From the human T2T-CHM13v2.0 reference genome, Homo sapiens: a stretch of DNA of 64,000 nucleotides. The notes beneath the pieces were generated by a model that saw nothing but the letters and a program-made list of their open reading frames with translations, was not told where the DNA came from and did no database searches. Of the stretch, positions 39,913 through 52,537 are shown in pieces. The stretch's first letter is position 1. The number at the start of each line of letters is the position of its first letter. Made by a program: the position numbers and the translations under genes. Location: NCBI RefSeq assembly GCF_009914755.1, contig NC_060947.1; one strand, 5' to 3'.

Positions 39913-42876
39913 AATAAAAGCAGGAATCTGAAGGCACTTTGGAAGTCACAAGGTTGTATTACTATCATTACCATCTTTCATGCAGCTGTTTATTACCTAC
40001 AAAGCACTTTGAGATAATTATCTCCTTTCATATCTAAAACTTCAGCTTATTGTCACATTTTCACATTTTTTCCCTCATGGCTATCCTGAAGGAAGGTATA
40101 AGCAAAGAATAATTTGGCTGTTATCTCAAACCTCTTGAGTTTCCTGTTTGTTTTCCTTTGACAGAGAGATAAAGTTTGTTTGTGGTTATTGCAGACATGC
40201 CAATTTGATCACTAACTTAGTTGGTCATTAATTTCCATTGTCTGCCAACCACAACTTTTATTAAAACTCACTGCTTTATGCTTTATCTATCTTTAGGGAC
40301 ATTCTGATATTTCTTTCTTAGTGCTGAGAGAGAAGCACTTGACCTTTTAATATGTCCAATATCATACTTGCTACTCTCTGGGAATTTCATAAATGTATGC
40401 AACATCATCTCTATTTTTATTAGTAAGAGTCTTCTGTGTGTCGCTGTCTTCTCTGAGGTCATGAATAATCTACATTATATATCCTCTTCCTACAATGACC
40501 CTGTTACGCTGCCACGGCCAGGATATACTTTATGCCTTATCTGGCCTTTCTAAATCCTCAAAGGTTTGCTCACATTTATATTACCAAAATTATTCTCACA
40601 CTAAAATGCTAACACCATGTCCATATCTAATCCGTGACTAAATTGTACTGTTATTGCGAATGTGCCTGGCATCTGCAATCGCTGATACAGTTTAAAAAAA
40701 TATGACTATCACTTTGCTCCCAATAACAATTTTAGATCTTCTGCAAGGCACATAGCTTTTCTCTATCTGCATGCTAATTATTCAATAAATCAATTTTTTG
40801 CCTCCTAAAGTAGTTTGCTTAACAGGAGCAACGTATCATATTTCCATATAAAGTGCTTATAAAAATAAGATGGAATGGAGTGTTTCCAGAGGAGAATGAT
40901 TATGAGGTTGAGCTTTTCATAGCTACATTATTAATTTATAAAATTATTTCAATATATTTCAAATTGTTAACATTGCACTGAAAGTGTTGTCAGCTACTGG
41001 CTGGAACTTGACATAAAATGTCTCATTCATAAAGCAATTTCGTCTCACAAGCTTTTGTTAAAATGGTCATTTATTAAACTCAGAAAAGGGAGATATCTTT
41101 TCAGTGTATTCTTTCTTCTTATGTATTTCTTTTGACTGTGTGTCCGTAGATTCAGAAATGTTTTCTCGATGACATGGCATTCTATATTTATTTGCAACAG
41201 AGTAAATAATCACCATTTTTGAAGAAAAATAAACTAGCTTGTCTGATTTGGATCTTAAATACAAAGCTCATCAGAAAATGAATTGTTTTCTTTTGCAAGA
41301 GCAACAACCAGTCAATCACTTACCGGACCTTTACTGAGCACTCCAGTATTAAAGAGAATATGCTAGGTGCTGGGCTCTATGGGAGACGCAACAAAGTGTG
41401 AGATATGGCATATCATAGGCACAAATCTATCTCTATGGGTCTCAGAAATGATTCATAACAAGGATTTATTTTATCATACTTCAATATTCCTTAAGTACCA
41501 TATCTAAATCATTTTATTTCTGACACCCCATTCCCTTCTGTACATGTGCTTATCTAATATTTGTGCTTCAAGTGCTTTATGTTGAAACAGCTGTTACACA
41601 ATTTTGCAAAAAGCAAACTGGCTTTAATAAAATCAATTGTTTCTGTGTGATAGAATGAACTTTAAAACTGGGGTAAACACTCAGTCCAACAATGATTTGT
41701 AAAGTAGTAGTGTTTTGCATCCAAGTCAATAATTTAGCTCATCCTTAGCTCTAGAAAGGACTGAGGGTCACCTGAGGGTTTGGCAAATCTTTGGTGGTAA
41801 GAGTTGGAATGAGAGTCTCAAGGTGAGGGACAATATAGTACATAAAAGCCAAGAGGTAGACATGCTGCTGGGAGAGAAAGAGGCTCATTATGTATAGTAG
41901 GAGGAAGATAAATTTTTAGTCAGATGATTGGGGACCTAGTCAGCTGGATTCATTTACTAACACTCTTAAAATTGGAAATTTGTACTTTGAAAATCTTATT
42001 TTTCTCTCTATTTGTGTTTTATGTCAATTTAATTTTTATATCCTCATAGCATGCATTAAAACTCTTGAATAAATGCTACCCTGCTCAGCTCTACAAAATG
42101 GATTCTTGTCAAAACCCACAGTGGAGTTTTAGTGAGTGAGCCTGGAATGATAGTGACAGTAAGAACCAGAGGGACTGACCCTTGTTAGGAAAATAAAACA
42201 TGAAGGAACAAAGAAGTTAGTTAGAAGCTGACAGTAGATTCATCCCTTTCATCCTGGAGACTGGGGCACCTTGCTTTGAAATTCAGGGGCATGTGTGTGC
42301 TTTGTTTCAAAATGAAGGCCATCTCTTACTTGTGGTAAGGTGTTCTTGGGCTCGGAGCCCAACTTATCTCATTTACTAGGCTCTAGCCTGCACAGGAAAG
42401 CTGAGGTTAGATACCAATTACACTTTGGGGACAAAGTGGAGCAAAGATCTGCATATGGTTCATACATTCATTTTTCGTGTAACAACCAAGAAATGTGCCC
42501 TTGACTGAGAACAGCACTACTAATAGCCTGCTAGGGAGTTCCAGAATCACTTACCATACACTTAATTTAACAGATATTTATCAAATGTCAGTTCTATGTC
42601 AGAACCTTTGCGGGGAACTACAGACCAGGATGAAACAACATCCTTTCAAAGTTGTCAGCGCAAACCTCTATTAAAATACATGTATTATTTGGGATGAAGA
42701 ATATGTTTCCTATTAACTTACAGCATCTTAACATAAATGAGGTGATTAGTGCCTGGATAAAGCTGTGCCTCAATCAAATAATATATAAAATAAGGAAAAG
42801 CTTGTTTGATTAGCTGTGTGTGTGTGTGTGGTGGAGTGGTAGGGTAGGTGGCAGAGAGAATGATATAATCCTGAAG

Positions 42877-44424
42877 CAGGACCAGCTACATAATTTTTGA
42901 CGCTTGGTGCAAAATGAAAATTCAGGGTCCCTTGTTCAAGAATCAGAAAAAAGTGATGTTAAAGGTACGAAACTATGAAACTTCTCCCTTTAGAAATATT
43001 TTATTACTTATGAAACTTAATAGGGGTAATAGTGACACATGAGTAATGGCATAATCTTTAGAAATGCAAAGAATAATATTTGTTTCATAATTTTATAAAT
43101 CAGTGCCATAATTTTATATATACAGTGAATAATGACATTTCATTAATGTGACATCTTGATTGAGCACAAGATTCTTCTGGCTCACTTTTCTGCAAATTAA
43201 TTTATAATATCACCAAAACGTATACTTACAGCAACCTTGTTTTTAGTCAATATAATTGAAAGTACCATCAGTTACTGGTGACAAATGTAAGATTGCAAAT
43301 CCCCTTTGATATGTTTTAATATTGAGAAGGATTTTTCTGCTCATGCAACTGTAACTGATGCTGTCAAGAGTATTTCTAGAGAAGGACAACATTGGGGTAA
43401 GGTTTTAACAAATTATTTTAAAATATAAATTTTATTACATCTAGAGCTGATGATTCTCATGAAACAATTTTTCTAAAAAGATATAACTCTTCATACAAGT
43501 CAGTTTCATGTAAGTCAGAATTTAACTTTAAATGTAAATGTAAACAATGGTATTTTAATGTTTATTTGACATTTCCTGCAACTCGTGGAGGTTATATAAT
43601 TAACCAAAAGTGACTTCATCATTTATAAACCATTCAAAATGCTTGTTTATGCATTCCACCACTCTATCTTCAATTACAAGGAAATGTTAATTTTCAAATT
43701 GTCTTCATCTTTAATATTTGGTTCATCCGAAGCTTTATATGAAAATATTTATTTTCTGTTGAATAGGATAATCTTTAAAATTAATTCTTTTCTAAGCCTG
43801 TGGATATTTCCTTTGCAAGGCTGCAACAGGTTTCAAACCCAGAAATTCTAAACTCTTTGAAAACTCCAAATAACTCTCTGATATGTTTATTGCAATGTAC
43901 AATGCATTTTATACTTGTTTTATAGTAATTTGCTGACAAACTTTATTGCCTAAAAACAGGCAGTTACCTGTCCCAAAATTCAAGTCAGAGAGTAGCTATT
44001 CGTGTAGATGGCAGAGGGATGGGCTTTGGGGATGGACAGGTAAGTGAATGTCCACCTTGGTCCCAGTGCTGGCCCCATATGGAGCACCCCCTCTTTTTTG
44101 GGGCTGCAGCCACTGCCATGACAACTGTAGCTTCTGCTGTTTCCACCACTATTGACTCCACCAGTCTTGACCTAGATCCTGGCCACAGCTATTCTTTCAA
44201 GAACCTGCAGTACCCTGGACTACCCTGGGTGTGCATAGTGCATTGCATGAACTGCTATGTGCATACTACCACCTGGCATATGTTGTGTGTTAACACAAAT
44301 GTTCTGTTGTCCCATTAGATTTCACTTACAAACCACAAAATCAAAGATAAAATTATTCACAATTTCAAGACAATGACAGCAGGGCTTTAAACCAAGCACA
44401 GGGCCCTTCTGAGAGTGAGGCCTT
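42877..44424. mobile_element. MER45R/Zaphod-like hAT-Tip100 element with a transposase remnant on the minus strand
   Basis: MER45-type end CAGGACCAGCTACATAATT..GTGCAAAATGAAAAT and distal AAACCAAGCACAGGGCCCTTCTGAG. Minus strand about 43379-43251 translates to LEILLTASVTVA*AEKSFSILKHIKGDLQSYICHQ*LMVLSII, a hAT C-terminal dimerisation motif. Confidence 0.85.
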
Positions 44425-44819
44425 GAGGAAATAGGAAGAAAACTACCTCTCATTCTGATTACTTTGTAACAGAGAACAAACCCCACAATAATACTTCTTC
44501 GAAATATCCTGCCACAAGTAGACGAACAAGATTGCTTCCACCCACAAAAACCTCCTTAATGTTTTGCATTGAATACTAGTTTTCCTCCTCAGTCATATTA
44601 TTTTTGCTTGAGTTTTTTGCTTCTTTTCCTCCTGCTGATGGAGCTCATTCCAGTTAGTCCTTTGCTATTTTTTTTCTAAAAATTTAGTTACAGTGACACT
44701 GAGAATATTTGCAGAATGTTGCAGAATGTTCACGTAAGCATGTGTATATGTGTTTTCGGATGTGTAAAGGAGGAAGGAGAGAGAGAGAGAGAGAGAATGA
44801 ATTTTATCTCTACAGAGGC

Positions 44820-45720
44820 AGGGAGACCTGACTCACCTCTTACTAGATGAGTAACCCTAACTAAACCACTGAAACGCTATGACATTTCTTCATCTGTAAA
44901 ATGGGAATAATAATGGTACCCATTTCACAAAACTCTTTTCAGAAATTAATCAGCAAATGCCTCTTGAGAAACTTCTTGGTATCAGGTACTGTTCTGGGTG
45001 CTAAAAATACAGTAGTTTCTTCACAGAGCTACATTCCTGTAATGAGACATACAAAATGCACAATATGCAAAAAAAAAAAAAAAGATTTAGTGTATCAGAT
45101 GGGGATCAGTGTTATGAAAAAAACCAGGAAGAGTTAGCAAGGACTGGGGTAGGGAGGAGAAGTCATTTTAAATAGGGTGGTCATGGATGCCTTCTCTGGT
45201 CAGGTGGTATTTGAGCAGAGGCCTGAATGGGGTGAGGGGAAAAGCCAGACAGATTCTTGGAGAACAGCATTCCAGTGAGAGAGTACAGAGCGTGCAAAGG
45301 CCAGGAAGAGGGAAGGAATTGCACAGAGAGCAGGATGGTGGGTCATGGAGGCCTTATAGGCTACTGTCAAGACACTGCCTTTTACTCTGAGTAAAACTGG
45401 GAACCATGACAGAGTTTTGAGCCAGATAGTGACATGATATGTTTTGAGTTTTCAAAGGATCTCTCTGGCTGCTGTGTTGAGAATAAACTGGAGCTGGGAA
45501 AGGGGGAAGGAAGGAGACTAGAGAGGAAGTGATTGTCATTATTTGGGTGAGAGATGATGAGGAATAGCATTGAAGGTGGTGAAAAGTGGGCGTATTCTGG
45601 GTACATTATGATAGGAGAGCCGACAGGATTTTCTGACAGACTAGATGTGGGGTATGGAAGAGTGGAATTGAGGAAACTTCACTGTGTGGTTTTTTTTTTT
45701 TGCCTGAGCAATAGGAAGCT
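44820..45720. mobile_element. MIR (about 44820-44930, +) followed by L2 (about 44945-45720, -)
   Basis: MIR core CTTCATCTGTAAAATGGGAATAATAATGGTACC, and L2 TTTCAAAGGATCTCTCTGGCTGCTGTGTTGAGAATA. Confidence 0.8.
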
Positions 45721-45724
45721 TCAG

Positions 45725-46363
45725 TGAGACAATAAATACAAAGTGCTCAGTATTGCCTCCCTCATAGTTGGTGCCCAATCAACTGGTAACATATCTAGCC
45801 GATCCCCAGAACCCGTCAACCTACATGAGGTGATAGACCAGTAAGACATTTCCTGGTCCCGACAAGCTGAAAAAAAAAAAAAAGTCAAGAACCAGCAGGT
45901 GGCGCCCAACTAAAGTTAAAAAAAAAAAACGGCACGCACCAGTAGGTGGCACCGAAGGTAACCTCTATTTGCCCTTGCTGATCATTAGCATAAGACACTC
46001 CCACCAGCGCCATAACAGTTTAGAAATGCCATGGCAACGACCCGAAAGTAACCTTCTGTTTCCATGGCAATGACCTGTAAGAAAGTTCTAAATAACCCAT
46101 CCCTTCATTTTGCATTAACCCACCCCTTAATTTGCATATAATTAAAAGTGGGTATAAGTGGATATAACTGAAGTTGACAACATCCCATATCCTGCCCACT
46201 CTGGGCACACTGCATATGAATTAGCCCTGCTCTGCAAGGAGCAATACAGTTCAATAAAATTTACTGTTTAACACCACTGACTCGCCCAAGAATTCTTTCC
46301 TGGCCAAAACCAAGAACGCTAGCCAGCTAAGCCCCAATTTTCGGGCTCACCTGTCCCGCACCA
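45725..46363 (+). mobile_element. MER41-related ERV1 LTR (older or divergent subfamily; 5' boundary uncertain)
   Basis: Block AAGACACTCCCACCAGCGCCATAACAGTTTAGAAATGCCATGGCAACG is homologous to the reverse complement of the MER41 LTRs in this window. Has a TATA-like GGGTATAAG, AATAAA at about 46253 and a CA end. Confidence 0.75.
45891..45952 (+). promoter_or_regulatory. Two tandem, same-orientation CTCF core motifs
   Basis: CCAGCAGGTGGCGC at 45892-45905 and CCAGTAGGTGGCAC at 45939-45952 both fit the CCASYAGRKGGCRS consensus. Confidence 0.65.
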
Positions 46364-47574
46364 TATGCATATAAAATGGGTCACCTTCGCTGTAATAACC
46401 TACTTAACCCTAGCTCTTTGCTCCACCAACTTAGCTCACCAGTAAGTCTGCTTCCATTTGAATTGACATTCAAGGAAAGAGATCCAGGTTGTCAGGAACC
46501 CTGGGTCGTAGTCCCATATCACTACTGGCCTGTTGTGTGATCCCAGCAAGCCCCTCAACTGCTCAGCAACCAAGGGATGTTTATCAACATGATAAAATCT
46601 AACAACATTTGCACTACTTAGCTCAGAGGATGGTGAGAGCAAAGTGAAGCCAAGCTGCCAATCATGATTGGTTTGAAAATGTGTTGATTATAAAAGTGTT
46701 ATAGAAATGCCAGGTTTATTAAGTGAGCATATTCATTATAATGAGTATCCTGTGGAGATTTTAATTTCAGACAGTAAAGACTAGGGCTGTAACTCTTTTG
46801 GTTTCTTTGGAATAACAGACCTGAAGATACTGCGAAGCAAATATTTTAGTACTGTTCATCTACTACCTTCCATTTAAAAGTCTCACATTTTCTTTGGAGC
46901 CATTGTTAATTCACCTCCCAGCTATTCTCCTTTTAGGCTCGGTAATCGTAGCCCAAGTACCCTTTTCTTTATAGAATCTTCTCAACTCATTTTGTTGCTG
47001 TAATGCTGGATGGGAAATAGCTTTTATTCCTTTGTCCAATTTCTGTCAACTTTTAGTGGTCGCCTGGAGCACTGACTTAAGAAGGTTTCTGAGGCCTTGT
47101 CCAGGCTCCATGGTGAAGAATGTCCTGATTCAGGTGTTTTGGAGGAAGAAGTGACTGCATGGTCTGGATTTGACATCCCTGATGTAAGGCTTATCTTGGT
47201 TTTGCTTCTAACCTTAGAGCTCTGGCAGCATGCTAATCCAAGCTGACTGCTACGGATCTTCCTGTTCTTTTTTTATGCAACAGAAATTTTTGCTAGCAAA
47301 CCTCTTGTGCATTGCCTCCTTCACCTCTTTAAATTTTAACTGCTCTCTGGCATCACTCCACAGATATAATCACTTTTAACAATTTCTTTCATCTTCCTCT
47401 GGAAACTCTTTGTGCATATGTAAGCTGATATTGATATTCTTTGTCTTTCCCCTTCTTCTTAAACAATAATGGGATCATATTGTAAGCATTTTTCACCACT
47501 TACTTTTTCACCTAATAATATAACTTGGAGCTTATTCCATATCAACACCCAACTGATGGACATTTAGATGTTTT

Positions 47575-47730
47575 GAGGTAGGTATCTCTGTAATAGTCTC
47601 TACTTCACACATGGGGAAACTGAGGTGCACAGCATTTACATATCTTGCCCAAGGTCATCCAGCTAATTAGTTGTGAAGCCAAGATTCAAAAGTAGGTCTC
47701 TCTATTCTAGAACTCACTCTGTTAACCATC
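47575..47730 (-). mobile_element. MIR
   Basis: ATGGGGAAACTGAGGTGCACAG..CTTGCCCAAGGTCATCCAGCTA. Confidence 0.8.
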
Positions 47731-48124
47731 AGGTTTTACTGGCATTGCTGATTGACCCTGGAAGTGGCTGTATTACTGAGTTTCTACTTGCAGAAATGAT
47801 GACATACTAATGTGTGTGTCCATTCAAAGCACTTCCCACAGTTCCACAGCAGTTCAAAGCTTCAAAGTACATCCACACACAGGATCTCATTTAATTTTAA
47901 CAAACATTTGTTGAGTTTCTACTCTATGCCAGGCACCACTTTAGGCCTGAACATAAAACAATGAATACAACAAAGTTCTTGGACGCAAGGCACTTATAAT
48001 GAGGTGAGAGAAACAGACTTGTAAATAGACAATTATAACATCAAACAATAAAGAATATTCTAGTTCTTTAGACCTCTCCTACTATGTGCTAGTGGTTGGT
48101 CAGTTCATTTAAAAAATGGATTAC

Positions 48125-48441
<317 letters not shown>

Positions 48442-48964
48442 TTACAAAAAATCAGGTACACATTTAAGTGGTTCAATCTTCATTTAAACATTTTAAATAT
48501 TTAAATATACATACTTCCTCATCTTTTGATATTTTTGAGGTCTATTGAGTATACTTTCCTACTTCTTTCTTGCATAACCTCACCCATAAAGTTTTACTTC
48601 TGATTTTGTGTCAGTTTATTTTAGCTGGAACAAGAACTTAAATTAAAGTACTTGCAAAGGAATCAGGTCACAGAATCAAACATTTTAATGATTTTTCACA
48701 AACAATCGTTGCCCCACTCATACTTAATTTGACAGCAGTTGTTTTAGTGAGTTCCCTTCCAAAGCAATTATCTCAGCTGTCATAGTACAGCAACTTTTTT
48801 CTTTTTCCACTCATCTTTTTTTTCTAGTGGGTATTTACATAATATTTGACTAAATTATGTAATTATAATACAACAGGCATACGCAGCTTCGGGAACAAAC
48901 TGAACTGATTTTCCAAAAGCAAATAACTCACTTCAGGGGAGCAAAAGTGGGCACTCAGTCTACT

Positions 48965-49170
48965 ATGGGGCAGTATTGCCTAGTGACCGGCTGGAGTTCA
49001 AATTTCTGCCTAGCCACCTGCAGGCTGTGTGACTGTGAATAATTTAATCTCTCTGTGCTTCAGTGTTTTCATCAGTAAAATGAAAATTATAATAGTGTTA
49101 CTGTGTGAAGTATATGAGTTCGTACTTGTAGAGTGCTTGGAAGAGTACCTTACACAAACTTCTGCTGTTA
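48965..49170 (+). mobile_element. MIR
   Basis: GCTGTGTGACTGTGAATAATTTAATCTCTCTGTGCTTCAGTG..TCATCAGTAAAATG. Confidence 0.75.
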
Positions 49171-49307
49171 TTGCTATTTTCAGATGGTAACCTATTTGTT
49201 GTAAATTTCCTGAAGGTACTTGTCAGTACGTTCGATAGAAGATTTGAAGCACTTCACTTGGTCTAGCAGTTCACTTAAATAGAGACTGATTAAATTGGGA
49301 GTATCAA

Positions 49308-49682
49308 CAAGAAGCTTTTCCCCTATGTTTTCATCTAGTATTAACGTTTCAGGTCTTGCATTTAATTCTTTTATCCATTTTGAGTTGATTTTTATGTGTG
49401 GTGTAAGATATGGGTCCAAATTCATTATTTTCTATGTGGATATCCAGTTTTCCCAACCCCAGTTGTTGAAGAGAATGTCCATTCCCATTGTGTGTTCTTG
49501 GCAGCCTTGTAGAAAATCAGTTGAGCATATTGTACATGCATGGATTATTTCTGTGCTCTCTATACTGTTCCAGTGGTCTATATGTCTGTCTTTATGCTAG
49601 CATGATATTGTTTTAATTACTGTAAATATTTATAAGATATTTTGAAATCAGAAGGTGTGACGTTTCCAGTTTTGTTCTTGCC
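49308..49682 (-). mobile_element. L1MA-type ORF2 fragment
   Basis: ORF 49192-49425 reads [34 protein letters not shown], the ORF2 C-terminal region. Confidence 0.88.
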
Positions 49683-49801
49683 AATTAAACCTCAGTCAAA
49701 CTTGGGGAAAAAAATAGGATCAACAAGATAAGAATGAGTTCTGCCACTGTGAGTTGAAATGAATTCTAAACTCTGATTATGCATTAAAATTACCTGGGAG
49801 A

Positions 49802-50084
49802 AGCCGGGTGCGGTGGCTCACACCTGTAATCCCAGCACTTTGGGAGGCCGAGGTGGGCAGATCATGAGGTCAGGAGATCGAGACCATCCTGGCTAACACG
49901 GTGAAACCCTGCCTCTACTAAAAATACAAAAAAATTAGCCGGGTGTGGTGGTGGGTGCCTGTAGCCCAGCTACTCGGGAGGCTGAGGCAGGAGAATGGTG
50001 TGAACCCAGGAGGCGGAGCTTGCAGTGAGCCAAGATCACGCCACTGCACTCCAGCCTGGGCGACAGAGCGAGACTCAGTCTCAA

Positions 50085-50118
<34 letters not shown>
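49802..50118 (+). mobile_element. AluY with an (AAAT)n tail, inserted in a MER5A-like remnant
   Basis: AluY diagnostics and degenerate TSD AAAT(T/A)ACCTG. MER5-like sequence precedes it and resumes at about 51697-51783. Confidence 0.93.
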
Positions 50119-50119
<1 letters not shown>

Positions 50120-50139
50120 CCTGCGGGGCTTTGAACACA

Positions 50140-51696
50140 TTTTTTTTTTCAAGTGAGAGCAAGTTTATTAAGAAAGTAAAGGAATAAAAGAATGGCTACT
50201 CCATAGACAGAGCAGCCCCAAGAGCTTCTGGCTGTCTATTTTATGGTTATTTCTTGTTTATATGCCGAACTAGGGGTGGATTATTCATGAGTTTTCTGGG
50301 AGAGGGGTGGGTAATTCGGGGAACTTAGGGTTCCTCCCTTTTTTAGACCATATAGGGTAACTTCCTGACATTGCCATGGCATTTGTAAATTGTCATGGTG
50401 CTGGTAGGAGTGTCTTTTAGCATTCTAATGCATTATAATTAGCATATAACGAGCAGTGAGGACGACCAGAGGTCACTCTCGTTGCCATCTTGGTTTTGGT
50501 GGCTTTTGGCTGGCTCCTTTCTGCAGCCTATTTTATCAGCAAGACGTTTATGACCTGTATCTTGTGCCGACCTCCTATCTCATCCTGTGACTTAGAATGC
50601 CTAACATCCTGGGAATGCAGCCCAGTAGGTCTCAGCCTCACTTTACCCAGTCCCTATTCAAGATGGAGTCACTCTGGTTCAAACACCTCTGACATTTCCC
50701 CCCTCCCTTATACAAGGGAACGCTTAATCCTAAGGTTTGTAGAGGGAGGAAGGTCCATCTTCTGTAACTTCTTCAGGCTGAATAAAGACAATGATATTCC
50801 TACCTAACTATTAGGGTCTCTTGTATTCAGGGTAGAGAGGAGCTCAGTCAGAAACTGTCAGTATGGTGAAGGCCATTTGTAACTCCAACAAAAGGTAATA
50901 TCTGGAAGATTAGTAAGTGTTCAGTTTAAGAAAACGTTGAGTAAGCTTATCCTTCATTCCTACACAAAGAGTACAACAGCAAATATATTCCACAACAGTA
51001 AAGTAAAAAAAAGTAAATCCATCCCAAGTAAACTCAATAAGAAGGCTTTCCATGAACTGGGCAGCTGTTGGAACCAAGCTGATATGGAATTGCTATACAT
51101 GCTATACATTCCAATACATGCCCAGAATTAGAATACTGATCCAGATTATTACATTAACCATCCCTCTTGTTTCTTCTGATCAGCAGCCAGAGATCACTGG
51201 TTGGTTCACAGGAATAAGCAGAGTTAGTCTAACTTGCAGAAAAAAACTCAAAAACAACTGATGAGACTATAATTGAGTAACAGGTATATCATAGTTTTTG
51301 AAACATATTTTTCTCTCTCCAGTATCCCATTTTTATGAAAGACAAATCATAGTAAGACTGATTTGCTTTATTATACTTGGCCTGATTATTTGTGTAAAGT
51401 GCAGCAAGAATAATTGTTTTTATATAGGCCTTTAAAATTGGCTTTGATGGAACTTTGTTCCATAAAAGGAATCTCAGATAAGAGTTTTTTTAAAGCTGAG
51501 CACAGTCATGGGTTTGTACCCTCAAATACCTATGAGTTGAGTAAATTCCTCTCCTCTTGAGATCCCAAGATAACAAGGGGCTCCTAGGCCTGTTAGAAAG
51601 TGACATTCTTTACTTACCACAGGTCAGGAACCCTGTACAGGGACTGTGCAGACAAGATAGGAGGCCAGTTTTCCCAAGGGGCTTTTATTGGCTCTA
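50140..51696 (-). mobile_element. MER41B partial copy: about 1 kb of 3' internal region, LTR U3-R and poly(A), with no U5
   Basis: LTR at 50150-50694 contains the extra segments absent from the MER41A copies. Polypurine tract follows from 50695. Internal sequence is colinear with 22944-24255. T10 at 50140-50149. Confidence 0.9.
50294..50323. promoter_or_regulatory. MER41B tandem GAS (STAT1) site pair: one intact, one mutated
   Basis: TTCGGGGAA at 50315-50323 (reverse complement TTCCCCGAA) fits TTCN3GAA. TTCTGGGAG at 50294-50302 has lost the last A. Confidence 0.6.
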
Positions 51697-51813
51697 TGCC
51701 CCACCCAAGCTGGCAATTCAGGATCTCTGGGAGTGGCCCTGGCTTCCTAGGTGATTCCAATGTGCAGCTCTAGAAGTCACTGCCTCACAGGAAGGTGTGA
51801 TGGTCTTAGCACT

Positions 51814-52537
51814 TAATATGGTTCAGCTGTGTCCCTGTATGAATCCGTTCTCACGCTGCTAATAAAGATATACCTGAAACTGGGTAATTGATAAAAGAAA
51901 GAGGTTTAATGGACTCACATGGCTGGGGAGGACTCACAATCATGGTGGAAGATGAAGGAAGAGCAAAGGGACTTCCTACATGGCAGCAGGAAAGAGAGCA
52001 TGTGCAGGGGAACTCCCCTTTATAAAACCATCAGATTTCATAAGACATTCACCATCACAAGAACAGCATGGGAAAGTCTTGCCCCCATGATTCAATTACC
52101 TCCCACTGGGTTCATCCCATGATACATGGGAATTATGGGAGCTATAATTCAAGATGGGATTTGGGTAGGGCACAGCCAAACCCTATCAGTCCCCACTCAA
52201 ATCTCACGTTAAATTGTAATCCCTATGTAATCCCCATGTCAAGGAAGAGACCAGGTGGAAGTAACTGAACCATGGGGGTGGTTTCCACAATACTGTTTGT
52301 GATAGTGAGTGAGTTCTCATTAGATCTGATGGTTTTATAAGAGTTTGGCATGTCCTCCTTTGTTCATTCTCCTTCCTGCCACCTTGTGAAGAAGGTGCCT
52401 TGCTTCCCCTTCACCTTCTGTCATGATTGTAAGTTTCCTGAGGCATCCCCAACCATGCTGAACTGTGAGTCAATTAAACCTCTTTCCTTTATAGTCTCAG
52501 GCAGTTCTTTATAGCAGTGTGAAAATGGACTAATACA
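51814..52537 (+). mobile_element. THE1D/MSTA-like LTR interrupted by a THE1B-like LTR
   Basis: TAATATGGTTCAGCTGTGTCCC...GAAAATGGACTAATACA with TSD GCACT at 51809-51813 and 52538-52542. Confidence 0.9.
51836..52188 (-). mobile_element. THE1B-like solo LTR (nested)
   Basis: TGTATGAATCCGTTCTCACGCTGCTAATAAAG...CACAGCCAAACCCTATCA with TSD GTCCC at 51831-51835 and 52189-52193. Confidence 0.9.
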
